A stretch of DNA of 20,000 nt from an uncultured virus (IMG/VR IMGVR_UViG_3300010885_080890) (lineage: Duplodnaviria; Heunggongvirae; Uroviricota; Caudoviricetes), in IMG/VR virus record IMGVR_UViG_3300010885_080890; one strand, given 5' to 3'. The translations under genes were made by a program, and so were the position numbers. The notes beneath the pieces were generated by a model, which was not told the DNA's origin, ran no database searches, and saw nothing but the letters and a program-made list of their open reading frames with translations. This document shows, piece by piece, positions 10,701 through 17,834 of the stretch; position 1 is the stretch's first letter, and each line of letters starts with the position of its first letter.

Positions 10701-11174
10701 GCTACTCCTTTCTATAACGGTGCATTGTTAGATACATTTCTAAGTAAAAAAATAGACAATAACTTCTATACAGTAAAAGATTTGAAAATACAGAATTTTT
10801 ATTGGTTTAATAAAGTACTTAACTATTTTGACATTAGTATGCTATACAAAGAGAAATACGAACCAGATAATTTGTTATGGGATGTCCCTTGCGGTAGACG
10901 TAATTTTAACGAGACAATATCTAGATATTTTAGAAATAAAGTACCTGGTGCAAAAAGTACATTAATAAATGTTTATGTAAATTCTGGTGTCTTGGACGAA
11001 AAAAGCAAAAATATTTTAGAGCCTGAATTAATACAGAGAATATCTAAAAATATACCTAGCTATACCAAATTAAATAAATTTATATGGACTACAAATCTAC
11101 CAGGTCTTACCGCCGCTTCACAACAGCCTTATTATCCTGGAAACACTATAACAAACGCGGGGTTCAGTAGATGA
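7719..11174 (+). CDS. Large putative virion structural protein with a LamG/ConA-like domain interrupted by a probable beta-propeller
   Basis: 1151 aa. LamG N-half motifs (FTFDSDSY...FSVGFWAY) lie near 9331-9500. C-half motifs (GYHHFAITVD..NGKANLYVDNE, LVVGA, IQNFYWFNKVL...I..LY) lie near 10551-10850. Confidence 0.65.
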   Translation: MLVSYLTETNYTGLSAQYPYDDNINFQNIKLGIDGRLSVNISPVFCELNDFKKNNYSLMYLTKQSSFLNLTDFYAIKDDTLTNTLVGKIFSSDTFSSSGAYLKFVASIDDQEFLAVNYDQSFVILNYDDPLNIFHFIKKDSIFCNVMYYYKNNEYYLNFNPVTLNLNFTVLSAFSDVKDYTRNFYYTYDDKSNVFTLQCRINGIAYRVIRNYNTSRLALSTMTDIDRSDKRCLFYLYTANKFSTPEITVDWGSYQKKFNQNNLLIDATRSFYDTKSNFLIHSEYFNFNRTYLPYDILSLKTQLNSKNYATRGNIFPDEDQVTNRDYVTIFSGGRQEKGYEKLHLQYQTYTHPYEFIAGKTTWFHTPQSMHPYERMNINNTSLIDAGAVGGDHPLRSDKVFKKLGNYKNTANFGNSTSEQTGQWLCSWLSAAPDISVKPVWVDRFFNPSKLTPFQALSASPGSIIYNPSYNCYLSEGIYDAPSSLTFEPGNLYAYSRLGRIDAQQNILALNESLQIKNFSDYRRLDGKDLQEEVRDNMSTFTFDSDSYSVVNVESFKSELNVFSVGFWAYRENWSEPCGFQLGGNYTDYGLGIFNYEYVNPLLMYISTVNGQSVVNAYNSNLELVNVYNANGLIVDKIDYFARRDVLNSFHLFSSLSSVYELNLQEAIIDSAKLPSRIRRATNDDKYCYMLLDGTPNIYKLNLLTNEIFLTAANFNLNLNQIIDPPLKDFYISNATIAVTNDSKVILLSTYGVTEPRVISNYLYFLDDVDTRGGTLKVWDTTTNTKVISSVIPAKRFYTYFNIDKNCNLWCVSGTKIDIYKQYGLLDRSISLTNSLSSYGNFSILNVTFTDNFVDGELVNDTFITTTGVANNTYYISKLDDQGNVVKTVSFYTSNFKNIDPSNHSFFYSRNVVEQNKYTFKARLYNQFDTEDSIILNLPVLNADLNPGYHHFAITVDCLNGKANLYVDNEVYVSQDFTPGKFLFASLLEDNLVVGATPFYNGALLDTFLSKKIDNNFYTVKDLKIQNFYWFNKVLNYFDISMLYKEKYEPDNLLWDVPCGRRNFNETISRYFRNKVPGAKSTLINVYVNSGVLDEKSKNILEPELIQRISKNIPSYTKLNKFIWTTNLPGLTAASQQPYYPGNTITNAGFSR

Positions 11175-12898
11175 AGCCAATTTCTATAGAGTTTGAAAAT
11201 TCGAGATTTTTATATGATAGACATCCTTCCGACTCATTTCAACTACCTAATTCACTAGAGTCAATCGTTATACAGCCAAACGAATTAGCTGTTGCATCAA
11301 CTTTTAATTTAAAAATAAAAAAACTTTATGATAATTTTCTTTATTTGTATGGTTTATGCTTTATGTCTGGGTTTGATTTAAACGAGAACTATAAAGGATG
11401 GTATGATGAAATTTATGGATTTAATCCAAAGAAAACTAGAGATCCACTAGTAGCAACGTCAGGTAAAACCTCTGCCTTGAGCTCAAGTAATAAAGCTATA
11501 TCATTCTATGATCCAAGCAAACCATTTTTTGTTAATACAATTTTTACAACAAATACTACGGTAGGACTAATGACATTTGAAAAAATTATAGAAGATTTAG
11601 ACTATTTATATTCACCGCTAGCACTAACATTGACGCAAAACCTTGTACCCGGGTCAGCTGAATATAATAGCGTTGTTAATAGTATAGCACAAAGAAGAGA
11701 GTATATTGATAGCTACAGGGCTAATATTAGATTTACACAGACTAGTATAGATCCATTATCTGGATCTATATCTTTTGCTAAAATGGGTGGCGTTATACAG
11801 CAAAATAATGAAAACTTGTTTATTACAGATACTGTTTATAACAATATTTACAGCTTTAATTTAAAAGATGCAGCTGGCGATGATAACATAAAGCAAAATA
11901 TTCTTTTTCAAAAAAATCTAGTTGGAGGTACCGGTACTGTAGAAGATAAGATAAAATTCAACAGTCCAACTTTACTTGTTAATATTGATGATCATATCTT
12001 AGTAATAGATTCAAAAAACTCATGTTTCAAAGTTTATGATAAAAATTTAAATTGGGTATCTACAGTAACGCAGGCAGTATTTTTTAAGAAATATTCAGAA
12101 ATAACAGCTGCAGCTTATCATGCAAGTTCGAGCAAATTAATTTTAGGAGCCGGTCAAGCATTGCATTTATTTAAAATTATAGATTTAGACACTATTATAT
12201 TTGAAAAAACTGTAAGCATATACATATCCAATGACCCTACAGATAAGATTATTGATTTAAAATTTGCAAACTACGAAGATAATATTTTATATGTTCTTAC
12301 TACTAAAAACATAATGAAGAAATGGATTACAAAATTAGAGAAAAATATTCTATATTTTGGTACTCCGAACAACGCTGCATTACAATATTTTTGGCAAGTT
12401 TTATCACCCTATAGCAAAGATATAGATATTATGTTAATAAGAGCAGGTAATAATACGCAAAGCTTAATTCTAGTTGTTGAGGAGGGATTAAGCCTCAAGA
12501 GCCTTTTGAAACAGGATGATTTTAATGTATACTCAAGAAATGAAGTATGTCTTAATGGTGATGAATATAATTGTGCCTGGACATACAACAAAAGCTTAAA
12601 GAAACTCTTGTATAACCTAAATCTTTTAGCCTCTAATATTACATACAGATTTTATACTAAAGAAAATGAAATCACTAGTGCTACTTCGTTTATTTTTAAA
12701 ACATATAATAATCTAATAACTGAAAGAGTTATTAAAGATACTAACAAATATTCCAATATTTTTGTCAACGAAAATTTTCAATCCGAAGCTATTAATAGAT
12801 GTTTTAATCAATTATATGATTATCAAAACTATATTTTAACCAGTCTTACAAATAATACACCATTTAATGTTGATTTGACGCCCTATAGGGTAATGTAG
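11171..12898 (+). CDS. Putative virion protein with an NHL-repeat beta-propeller
   Basis: 575 aa, ATGA overlap with the upstream gene. NHL-like blades KFNSPTLLVNIDDHILVIDSKNSCFKVYDKNLNWV and NLFITDTVYNNIYSF. Confidence 0.65.
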   Translation: MKPISIEFENSRFLYDRHPSDSFQLPNSLESIVIQPNELAVASTFNLKIKKLYDNFLYLYGLCFMSGFDLNENYKGWYDEIYGFNPKKTRDPLVATSGKTSALSSSNKAISFYDPSKPFFVNTIFTTNTTVGLMTFEKIIEDLDYLYSPLALTLTQNLVPGSAEYNSVVNSIAQRREYIDSYRANIRFTQTSIDPLSGSISFAKMGGVIQQNNENLFITDTVYNNIYSFNLKDAAGDDNIKQNILFQKNLVGGTGTVEDKIKFNSPTLLVNIDDHILVIDSKNSCFKVYDKNLNWVSTVTQAVFFKKYSEITAAAYHASSSKLILGAGQALHLFKIIDLDTIIFEKTVSIYISNDPTDKIIDLKFANYEDNILYVLTTKNIMKKWITKLEKNILYFGTPNNAALQYFWQVLSPYSKDIDIMLIRAGNNTQSLILVVEEGLSLKSLLKQDDFNVYSRNEVCLNGDEYNCAWTYNKSLKKLLYNLNLLASNITYRFYTKENEITSATSFIFKTYNNLITERVIKDTNKYSNIFVNENFQSEAINRCFNQLYDYQNYILTSLTNNTPFNVDLTPYRVM

Positions 12899-12908
12899 AC
12901 GTTTTTTT

Positions 12909-12928
12909 AATAAATATATAGGAGACTT
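12909..12928 (+). promoter_or_regulatory. Late-promoter-like AATAAATA followed by a Shine-Dalgarno site (AGGAG)
   Basis: AATAAATA at 12909-12916, AGGAG at 12920-12924, ATG at 12929. Confidence 0.6.
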
Positions 12929-13684
12929 ATGGCAGGATCATACATTTTTCATAGCAAGCTTCACAGGGCAAGTCACCATACTCTATCTGGTACTGGATTG
13001 CCTGATGCAGGCTTAGATCCAATAGCATCAAGGGATCAGCCCTTTTTGGGTGTGTTTTATAATGTTTTGCCAGATGAAAATGGTTCTCTATCAATAACTA
13101 CAGATAGCATACAGTGGTGGTCAACCTATTCCACTGTAAACTCACTTTCTAGTATATGGGCTCCAACAGCATCTGTGTATACAACTGTAAGTTCTTTTTC
13201 AGCAAATTGGTCATTAGGTTATAATGGCTATACAACTTTTAAGCCTAACAGTTCAAAATATGAAAGTGTTTACTCTACTGTGTGTGCTTTTAGTGCGCAG
13301 TGGAGTGCACCTAATATAATGTTTACTAATAAAGTTCAAGAATACACAGCAGCTAAAACATTTTCTGGAACTAATCTAACTTATAATCCATTAATAGGAA
13401 ATGTTGTCTGGGATGTATCTGTAAATCAAATAACATTTTTAAATTTGAATAATGATGTTACTCTTAGTGTTTTGAGCGCCAGGAAAGGCGGTGTTTATAT
13501 TTTAAACATTATTCAGGATAGTATTGGCGGGCATGATATTGTGTTTGATCCTAATTTTAGATTTAATAGCACATACAATTTACAAGGTGTTATTGCAACA
13601 GACCCAAACAGTAGAACTATAATAACTTTTGTATATGACGGTAACTTAATGTACGGTCATAGAGCAAATTACTACGTACCATGA
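12929..13684 (+). CDS. Putative short fibre protein: His-rich N-terminus, Ser/Trp coiled-coil-like repeats and C-terminal beta-sandwich; paralog of the next gene
   Basis: 251 aa with SD. Aligns by eye over its whole length with the non-propeller parts of 13681..15681. The C-terminal KGGVYILNIIQDSIGGHDIVF...IITFVYDGNLMYG is a type common at phage fibre tips. Confidence 0.65.
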   Translation: MAGSYIFHSKLHRASHHTLSGTGLPDAGLDPIASRDQPFLGVFYNVLPDENGSLSITTDSIQWWSTYSTVNSLSSIWAPTASVYTTVSSFSANWSLGYNGYTTFKPNSSKYESVYSTVCAFSAQWSAPNIMFTNKVQEYTAAKTFSGTNLTYNPLIGNVVWDVSVNQITFLNLNNDVTLSVLSARKGGVYILNIIQDSIGGHDIVFDPNFRFNSTYNLQGVIATDPNSRTIITFVYDGNLMYGHRANYYVP

Positions 13685-15681
13685 GTAATTTTCTATACCA
13701 TAACAAATACCACAGGACCATACACCACACATTACCTACTCCAGGCATACCAGATAGTGCGACGGATCCAATAGCATCTAAAACAGACCCGTTCTTAGGG
13801 ACGTTTCATAATTTTATTGATGTAATGAATTTAGATACAATACCTATTGATGTAAGGTATTTGCTAACTTTTGATGACAATTATATTACTAATTTTAACA
13901 ATTTGTCTGTTAATACTCTTGATAGTATATTTTTAAATCTAACTGCATCAGCTTATGGTAATAGCTACGACTGGTACAGAGTCAGGACTTTAATACAAAA
14001 TTTAAGCAGTGATTATAATTTGTATCCGCTTTTTAAAGACCATGTTAATAGTTTAAGCGGTGAATGGAGCTTAGGATTTAATTTTTACACAAATTTATCC
14101 GCAACAAGCTCTAGATATGAATCTGTATATTCTTTAGTTAATTATAATAGCGCAAGCTGGCCATTTATTGATACTACACTGAGAACAGATTTAGTACAAG
14201 AAAATACTAGAAGTAAAAATTTTGCTATGGTAAATATCTCAACACCAGATACAAATATTTATTGGGATCTTTCCTCGCAACAAGTAGCTTTTGTAAGTCT
14301 ATCTGCAGATTCTGTATTAAAAAACATATTAAACCCTGCCACTAAGAAAAAAGGCGGTGAATATTATTTGGTTATACAGCAAGATGGCTATGGGTCAAAA
14401 ATATTAACTTTTGAAAGTGATTATAAATTTTTATGCTCAGATCTTGCCCCTGTTATATCACAACGTTTTGTTTCATTTTCTAGTAAGGAAGTTTGGACTT
14501 CTGTATTTTATGGTAGCGGTTGTTGGGTAGCTGTACCCTATAACTCTTTTAAGGCCTCTAAATCTCGAGACGGAATAACCTGGGTAGGTACTCCTTTACC
14601 CGCAGTAAGAAATTGGAGATCAATAGTATTTGGTGTTAGTGCATGGGTAGCAGTTGCCGATTCTTCTTCGGTTGGTGCTAGGTCTATAGATAGTGGCAAT
14701 CTATGGTCAAATACTTTTTTACCAACTAAAAGACAATGGACATCTGTAGGTTTTGGTAAAAATACTTTTGTAGCTGTTGCATCAGCTTCTGATAAAGGTG
14801 CAAAATCGATTGATTTTGGTAAAACTTGGACTGAAATTACATTACCTTATGTTTTACCGTGGAGCTCAGTAAAATATGGTGACGGGGTATGGGTTGCAGT
14901 GGCTGGTGGCGGGGTAGCCGGTGACACATTAACTGATCTTGGCGCTATTTCTTACGATAATGGTAACACTTGGGCTTCCTTCAATTTACCTAGTTCGCGT
15001 ATGTGGTCTGATGTTGCTTATGGCGAGGATTACTGGGTAGCTGTAGCAAAAAATTCTAATATAGTTGCATTATCATCGAGATTAGAGGGCGATGGCTGGT
15101 TTGATCATGTTATAACTAATGCTTCAGTGAGCGGCTTTTCTTCTGTTGCACATGGTAATGATACTTTTGTTGCGACAAGCTTAGAGCCATCGCAAGCAAT
15201 ACTTTATTCAACAGATAGTAAAATATGGACTATTAATAATACAGTACGAAAGACTTTATTCGATGTAAATTATGGCGGGTCGAGTCTTCAAGGCAGTTTT
15301 ATAGCAGTAGGCGGTGACCAAGGTAGTACAATATTTAAATCTGCAAGTAGCAGTTATACAAATTACAAAATAGATGCAATAGATACACCTATTACGGCTA
15401 CAGGCGTATTAACAGCAGCATTAGGTGTAACTGTTATAAAGTTTATTTGTGACGGTATAAACTTATACGGTATTCCTAGTATTTATTACGTATCTAGAGG
15501 TCCTGTATGGACTTATTTCGCTGGACCTGGTATTATTTTAGTTTCTAACCCAACTGATTTGTTTGTTGATGAGGGGTTAATACCCGTTGGTGGCGTTACT
15601 ACTGCAGGATCAGTTGTTGTAGATGAAGGATTTTCGGACGGCGGCGGAATTTTAATTTTGTCCGGTACCCCTATACCATAA
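13681..15681 (+). CDS. Putative fibre/receptor-binding protein with an inserted 7-blade Asp-box (BNR) beta-propeller
   Basis: 666 aa, ATGA overlap. About 7 repeats of W-x-S-V-x-Y/F-G...W/F-VAV...S-x-D-x-G-x-T-W. Confidence 0.7.
   Translation: MSNFLYHNKYHRTIHHTLPTPGIPDSATDPIASKTDPFLGTFHNFIDVMNLDTIPIDVRYLLTFDDNYITNFNNLSVNTLDSIFLNLTASAYGNSYDWYRVRTLIQNLSSDYNLYPLFKDHVNSLSGEWSLGFNFYTNLSATSSRYESVYSLVNYNSASWPFIDTTLRTDLVQENTRSKNFAMVNISTPDTNIYWDLSSQQVAFVSLSADSVLKNILNPATKKKGGEYYLVIQQDGYGSKILTFESDYKFLCSDLAPVISQRFVSFSSKEVWTSVFYGSGCWVAVPYNSFKASKSRDGITWVGTPLPAVRNWRSIVFGVSAWVAVADSSSVGARSIDSGNLWSNTFLPTKRQWTSVGFGKNTFVAVASASDKGAKSIDFGKTWTEITLPYVLPWSSVKYGDGVWVAVAGGGVAGDTLTDLGAISYDNGNTWASFNLPSSRMWSDVAYGEDYWVAVAKNSNIVALSSRLEGDGWFDHVITNASVSGFSSVAHGNDTFVATSLEPSQAILYSTDSKIWTINNTVRKTLFDVNYGGSSLQGSFIAVGGDQGSTIFKSASSSYTNYKIDAIDTPITATGVLTAALGVTVIKFICDGINLYGIPSIYYVSRGPVWTYFAGPGIILVSNPTDLFVDEGLIPVGGVTTAGSVVVDEGFSDGGGILILSGTPIP
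14494..15342 (+). repeat. About 7 tandem ~41-aa Asp-box/BNR propeller blades
   Basis: WTSVFYG..SRDGITW / WRSIVFG..SIDSGNLW / WTSVGFG..SIDFGKTW / WSSVKYG..SYDNGNTW / WSDVAYG.. / FSSVAHG..STDSKIW / LFDVNYG.. Confidence 0.8.
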
Positions 15682-15691
15682 ATAATATATG
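15679..15691 (+). promoter_or_regulatory. TAAATA box overlapping the stop codon, 4 nt before ATG
   Basis: CA-TAAATA-ATAT-ATG. The 13-mer is identical to that at 4742-4754. No SD. Confidence 0.65.
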
Positions 15692-16675
15692 AATTGTAGT
15701 ACTGTTGAACCTGTAAGTGCATTTTACAGCACAAATCTACAATCCAAGATACAAAGTTATGAAAGATTAGGAGAAAGAATTTGTCGCGCACTCGGTGCTC
15801 CTCTTATTAATTTAGAAATACATGCGGATCAGTTAAATGAATTTATAAGCATAGCATGTGAAATGTTTACTAAGTATGCCGGTTATACGCAAGAGTTTTT
15901 AGTTTTTGATAGCTCCTTATATGAAGAGGGCAAAGGATTAAGACTAGATGTACTATTTAGCTTGACCAAGGATTTTAATTTTAGAGCAAAGCTTAAGAAC
16001 GTTTCTAGTGATATTAAATCTCTTTACAACGTTGGAAGAATGGTAATAGGAGATGCAGCTAATCCTTATCTATATCAAGTTTTTGATGAAACTAAACCGA
16101 ATGAATTAGAGTTATTAAACAGCTACGATTATTTAATTGACGACTATAGACGAGTGGTTGATGTTTTGGATTTTGAAGAAGGTAGTACAACAGGTGTTAA
16201 TACATTATTCACGATTGAGCAGTCTTTAGCTCAGCAAACTTATTTTAGCTATTCTCTTGGCAACTACGGGTTCGATTTAGTTAGTTGGTATGTCCTAAAG
16301 CAATGGTTAGATACGCGCGAAAAAGTTCTTGCGCTCAGAAGGGATGTAAGGTTTGACCCACGCACACAATACTTACAATTATTTCCTGAACCAAGAAATA
16401 CTAGATTTTGGGGCATTGTTACTTGTTATGTAGAAAGGCCTCTTGTAGATGTAATTAAAGAGCAATGGGTTTATCAGTATGCGCTTGCTCTTACTAAAAT
16501 AGCGATAGGTACTGTTAGAGGAAAATATCAAAACACAACCTTATTTGGTGGTGGTACAATTAATGCAGCTATATTAGAAGACGGTAAAGTGGAAAAAATT
16601 GAATTGGAGAAAAAACTTTACGAAAGTGCACCGGGTCTTGGTGATGCACCTCCACCAGACTTTTTCGTTGGTTAA
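15689..16675 (+). CDS. gp13: Neck protein, T4 gp13-like
   Basis: RALGAPLINLEIHADQL...ACEMFTKY at the N-terminus. WVYQYALALTK..G..RGKY...LFGGGTIN...LEKKL...FFVG at the C-terminus. Both match T4-family gp13 signatures. Confidence 0.88.
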   Translation: MNCSTVEPVSAFYSTNLQSKIQSYERLGERICRALGAPLINLEIHADQLNEFISIACEMFTKYAGYTQEFLVFDSSLYEEGKGLRLDVLFSLTKDFNFRAKLKNVSSDIKSLYNVGRMVIGDAANPYLYQVFDETKPNELELLNSYDYLIDDYRRVVDVLDFEEGSTTGVNTLFTIEQSLAQQTYFSYSLGNYGFDLVSWYVLKQWLDTREKVLALRRDVRFDPRTQYLQLFPEPRNTRFWGIVTCYVERPLVDVIKEQWVYQYALALTKIAIGTVRGKYQNTTLFGGGTINAAILEDGKVEKIELEKKLYESAPGLGDAPPPDFFVG

Positions 16676-16678
16676 ATA
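16673..16678 (+). promoter_or_regulatory. TAAATA box overlapping the gp13 stop codon
   Basis: TAAATA-AA-TTG. Only 2 nt before the TTG start, so the spacing is atypical. Confidence 0.4.
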
Positions 16679-16680
16679 AA

Positions 16681-17136
16681 TTGAAACTTACTATAAAAAA
16701 TAACAAATATGTACAAGGTATCTTCAAGCCTACACATATGGAAAAATATAAAGGACATGATTTACCTAGATACTTGAGTAGCTGGGAATTAAAGCTTTTT
16801 AGATGGTGTGATACTAACCCAAATGTTGTCGAATGGGGCAGTGAAAGTATTGTAATACCGTATGAGAGTCCTATCGACAAAAAAATTCATAGATATATAG
16901 TAGATGCTATAATAAAGCTAAAAACATCGGAGGGGTTGAAAAAATATTTAATAGAGGTAAAACCTTATAAACAAACAATAGAACCGCAGAATACACCAGG
17001 TAAAATGAAGAAGACTCTACTATATGAGCAATTAACTTTTATTCAAAATAAAGCAAAGTGGGAAGCTGCTAAAAATTTTGCTAAGAAACATGGCTTCGAA
17101 TTTACAATTCTTACGGAAAAAGAGCTTAGAAAATAA
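16681..17136 (+). CDS. gp4: Head completion protein, T4 gp4-like (TnsA-like PD-(D/E)xK nuclease fold)
   Basis: GIFKP...KYKG, YLSSWE, WCD.NPNV.EWGSE.IVIPY.SP.D...HRY.VD, LIEVKP.KQT, N.AKWEAA, F.ILTEKEL. TTG start is uncertain. Confidence 0.9.
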   Translation: MKLTIKNNKYVQGIFKPTHMEKYKGHDLPRYLSSWELKLFRWCDTNPNVVEWGSESIVIPYESPIDKKIHRYIVDAIIKLKTSEGLKKYLIEVKPYKQTIEPQNTPGKMKKTLLYEQLTFIQNKAKWEAAKNFAKKHGFEFTILTEKELRK

Positions 17137-17141
17137 ACTAC

Positions 17142-17162
17142 TAAATAATAAATATATACATG
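17142..17162 (+). promoter_or_regulatory. Tandem TAAATA boxes; the second lies 5 nt before the gp21 ATG
   Basis: TAAATA at 17142-17147 and 17149-17154, then TATAC-ATG. No SD. Confidence 0.65.
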
Positions 17163-17834
17163 GCCTTAAGACTATTAGTAGAAACTCCTGCTTCTGAAGA
17201 TCAATACGAATACGTAATTGAGGAAAAAAGCGGTAATCAGCCCAGCACAATGTACATCAAGGGCCCATATATGCAGTGTGAAGAGGTTAACAAAAATAAA
17301 AGAATTTACGATTCTAGCGAAATGGATAAGGAGGTTAATAGGTATATAAATGAAATGGTTAGAACTAATAGATCGATGGGGGAATTAAATCATCCTACCG
17401 CCGCTGAGGTTAACTTAGAGCGCGCCTGCCATCTTGTTACTGAATTAAATCGCTCTGGTAATGTTTATTATGGTAAGTCTAAAGTCTTAACAACTCCAAT
17501 GGGACAAATTGTACGTAGTTTAGTTAATGATGGTGTCAAAGTGGGAATGAGTTCTAGAGCGCTAGGTAAATTAGAAGAGGCAGGTAATGGGGTTAATAGA
17601 GTAAAAGAGTTTAGATTAGTGGCAGTGGATTGTGTTGCAGATCCAAGTTTTCCCAAAGCATTTGTTAATGGGATCTTAGAATCCAAACAATTTGTTGCAA
17701 CCCAAGATGGTAGATTTGAAGAATATTATGATTCATTTTCAGATAACCTACGTAATTTACCTAGAAAAGATGTAGAAGGGTATTTAAAAGAACAAATTTT
17801 GGAGTTTTTTAACAAAATAAGTAAAGTACTATGA
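17160..17834 (+). CDS. gp21: Prohead protease, T4 gp21-like
   Basis: YIKGPYMQ....NKNKRIY, GELNHP (catalytic His), GMSSRALG (catalytic Ser) and DCVADPS..AFV. Confidence 0.93.
   Translation: MALRLLVETPASEDQYEYVIEEKSGNQPSTMYIKGPYMQCEEVNKNKRIYDSSEMDKEVNRYINEMVRTNRSMGELNHPTAAEVNLERACHLVTELNRSGNVYYGKSKVLTTPMGQIVRSLVNDGVKVGMSSRALGKLEEAGNGVNRVKEFRLVAVDCVADPSFPKAFVNGILESKQFVATQDGRFEEYYDSFSDNLRNLPRKDVEGYLKEQILEFFNKISKVL

Noticed and set aside
11075..11170. TAAATTTAT-ATG (same 12-mer as at 239-250) opening a 28-codon ORF at 11084 that ends in TAG immediately before, and in frame with, ATG 11171
   Set aside because: It lies fully inside the 1151-aa gene and the box is imperfect. The ATGA overlap already explains the 11171 start. 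Probably chance in AT-rich DNA.
6610..13900. Short LITFDN / LLTFDD similarity between the C-terminus of 4752..6707 and an insert in 13681..15681
   Set aside because: The match is too short to distinguish from chance without a profile search.
248..15681. Diversity-generating retroelement target or template repeats in the adhesin genes
   Set aside because: I saw no near-identical ~100-nt repeat pair differing at adenines, and there is no reverse transcriptase in the window. A self dot-plot against the whole genome would be needed to exclude a distant template.
16681..17136. TnsA-like nuclease as a transposon or homing endonuclease
   Set aside because: Length and motifs match T4 gp4 head completion protein. 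No other transposition genes or terminal repeats.
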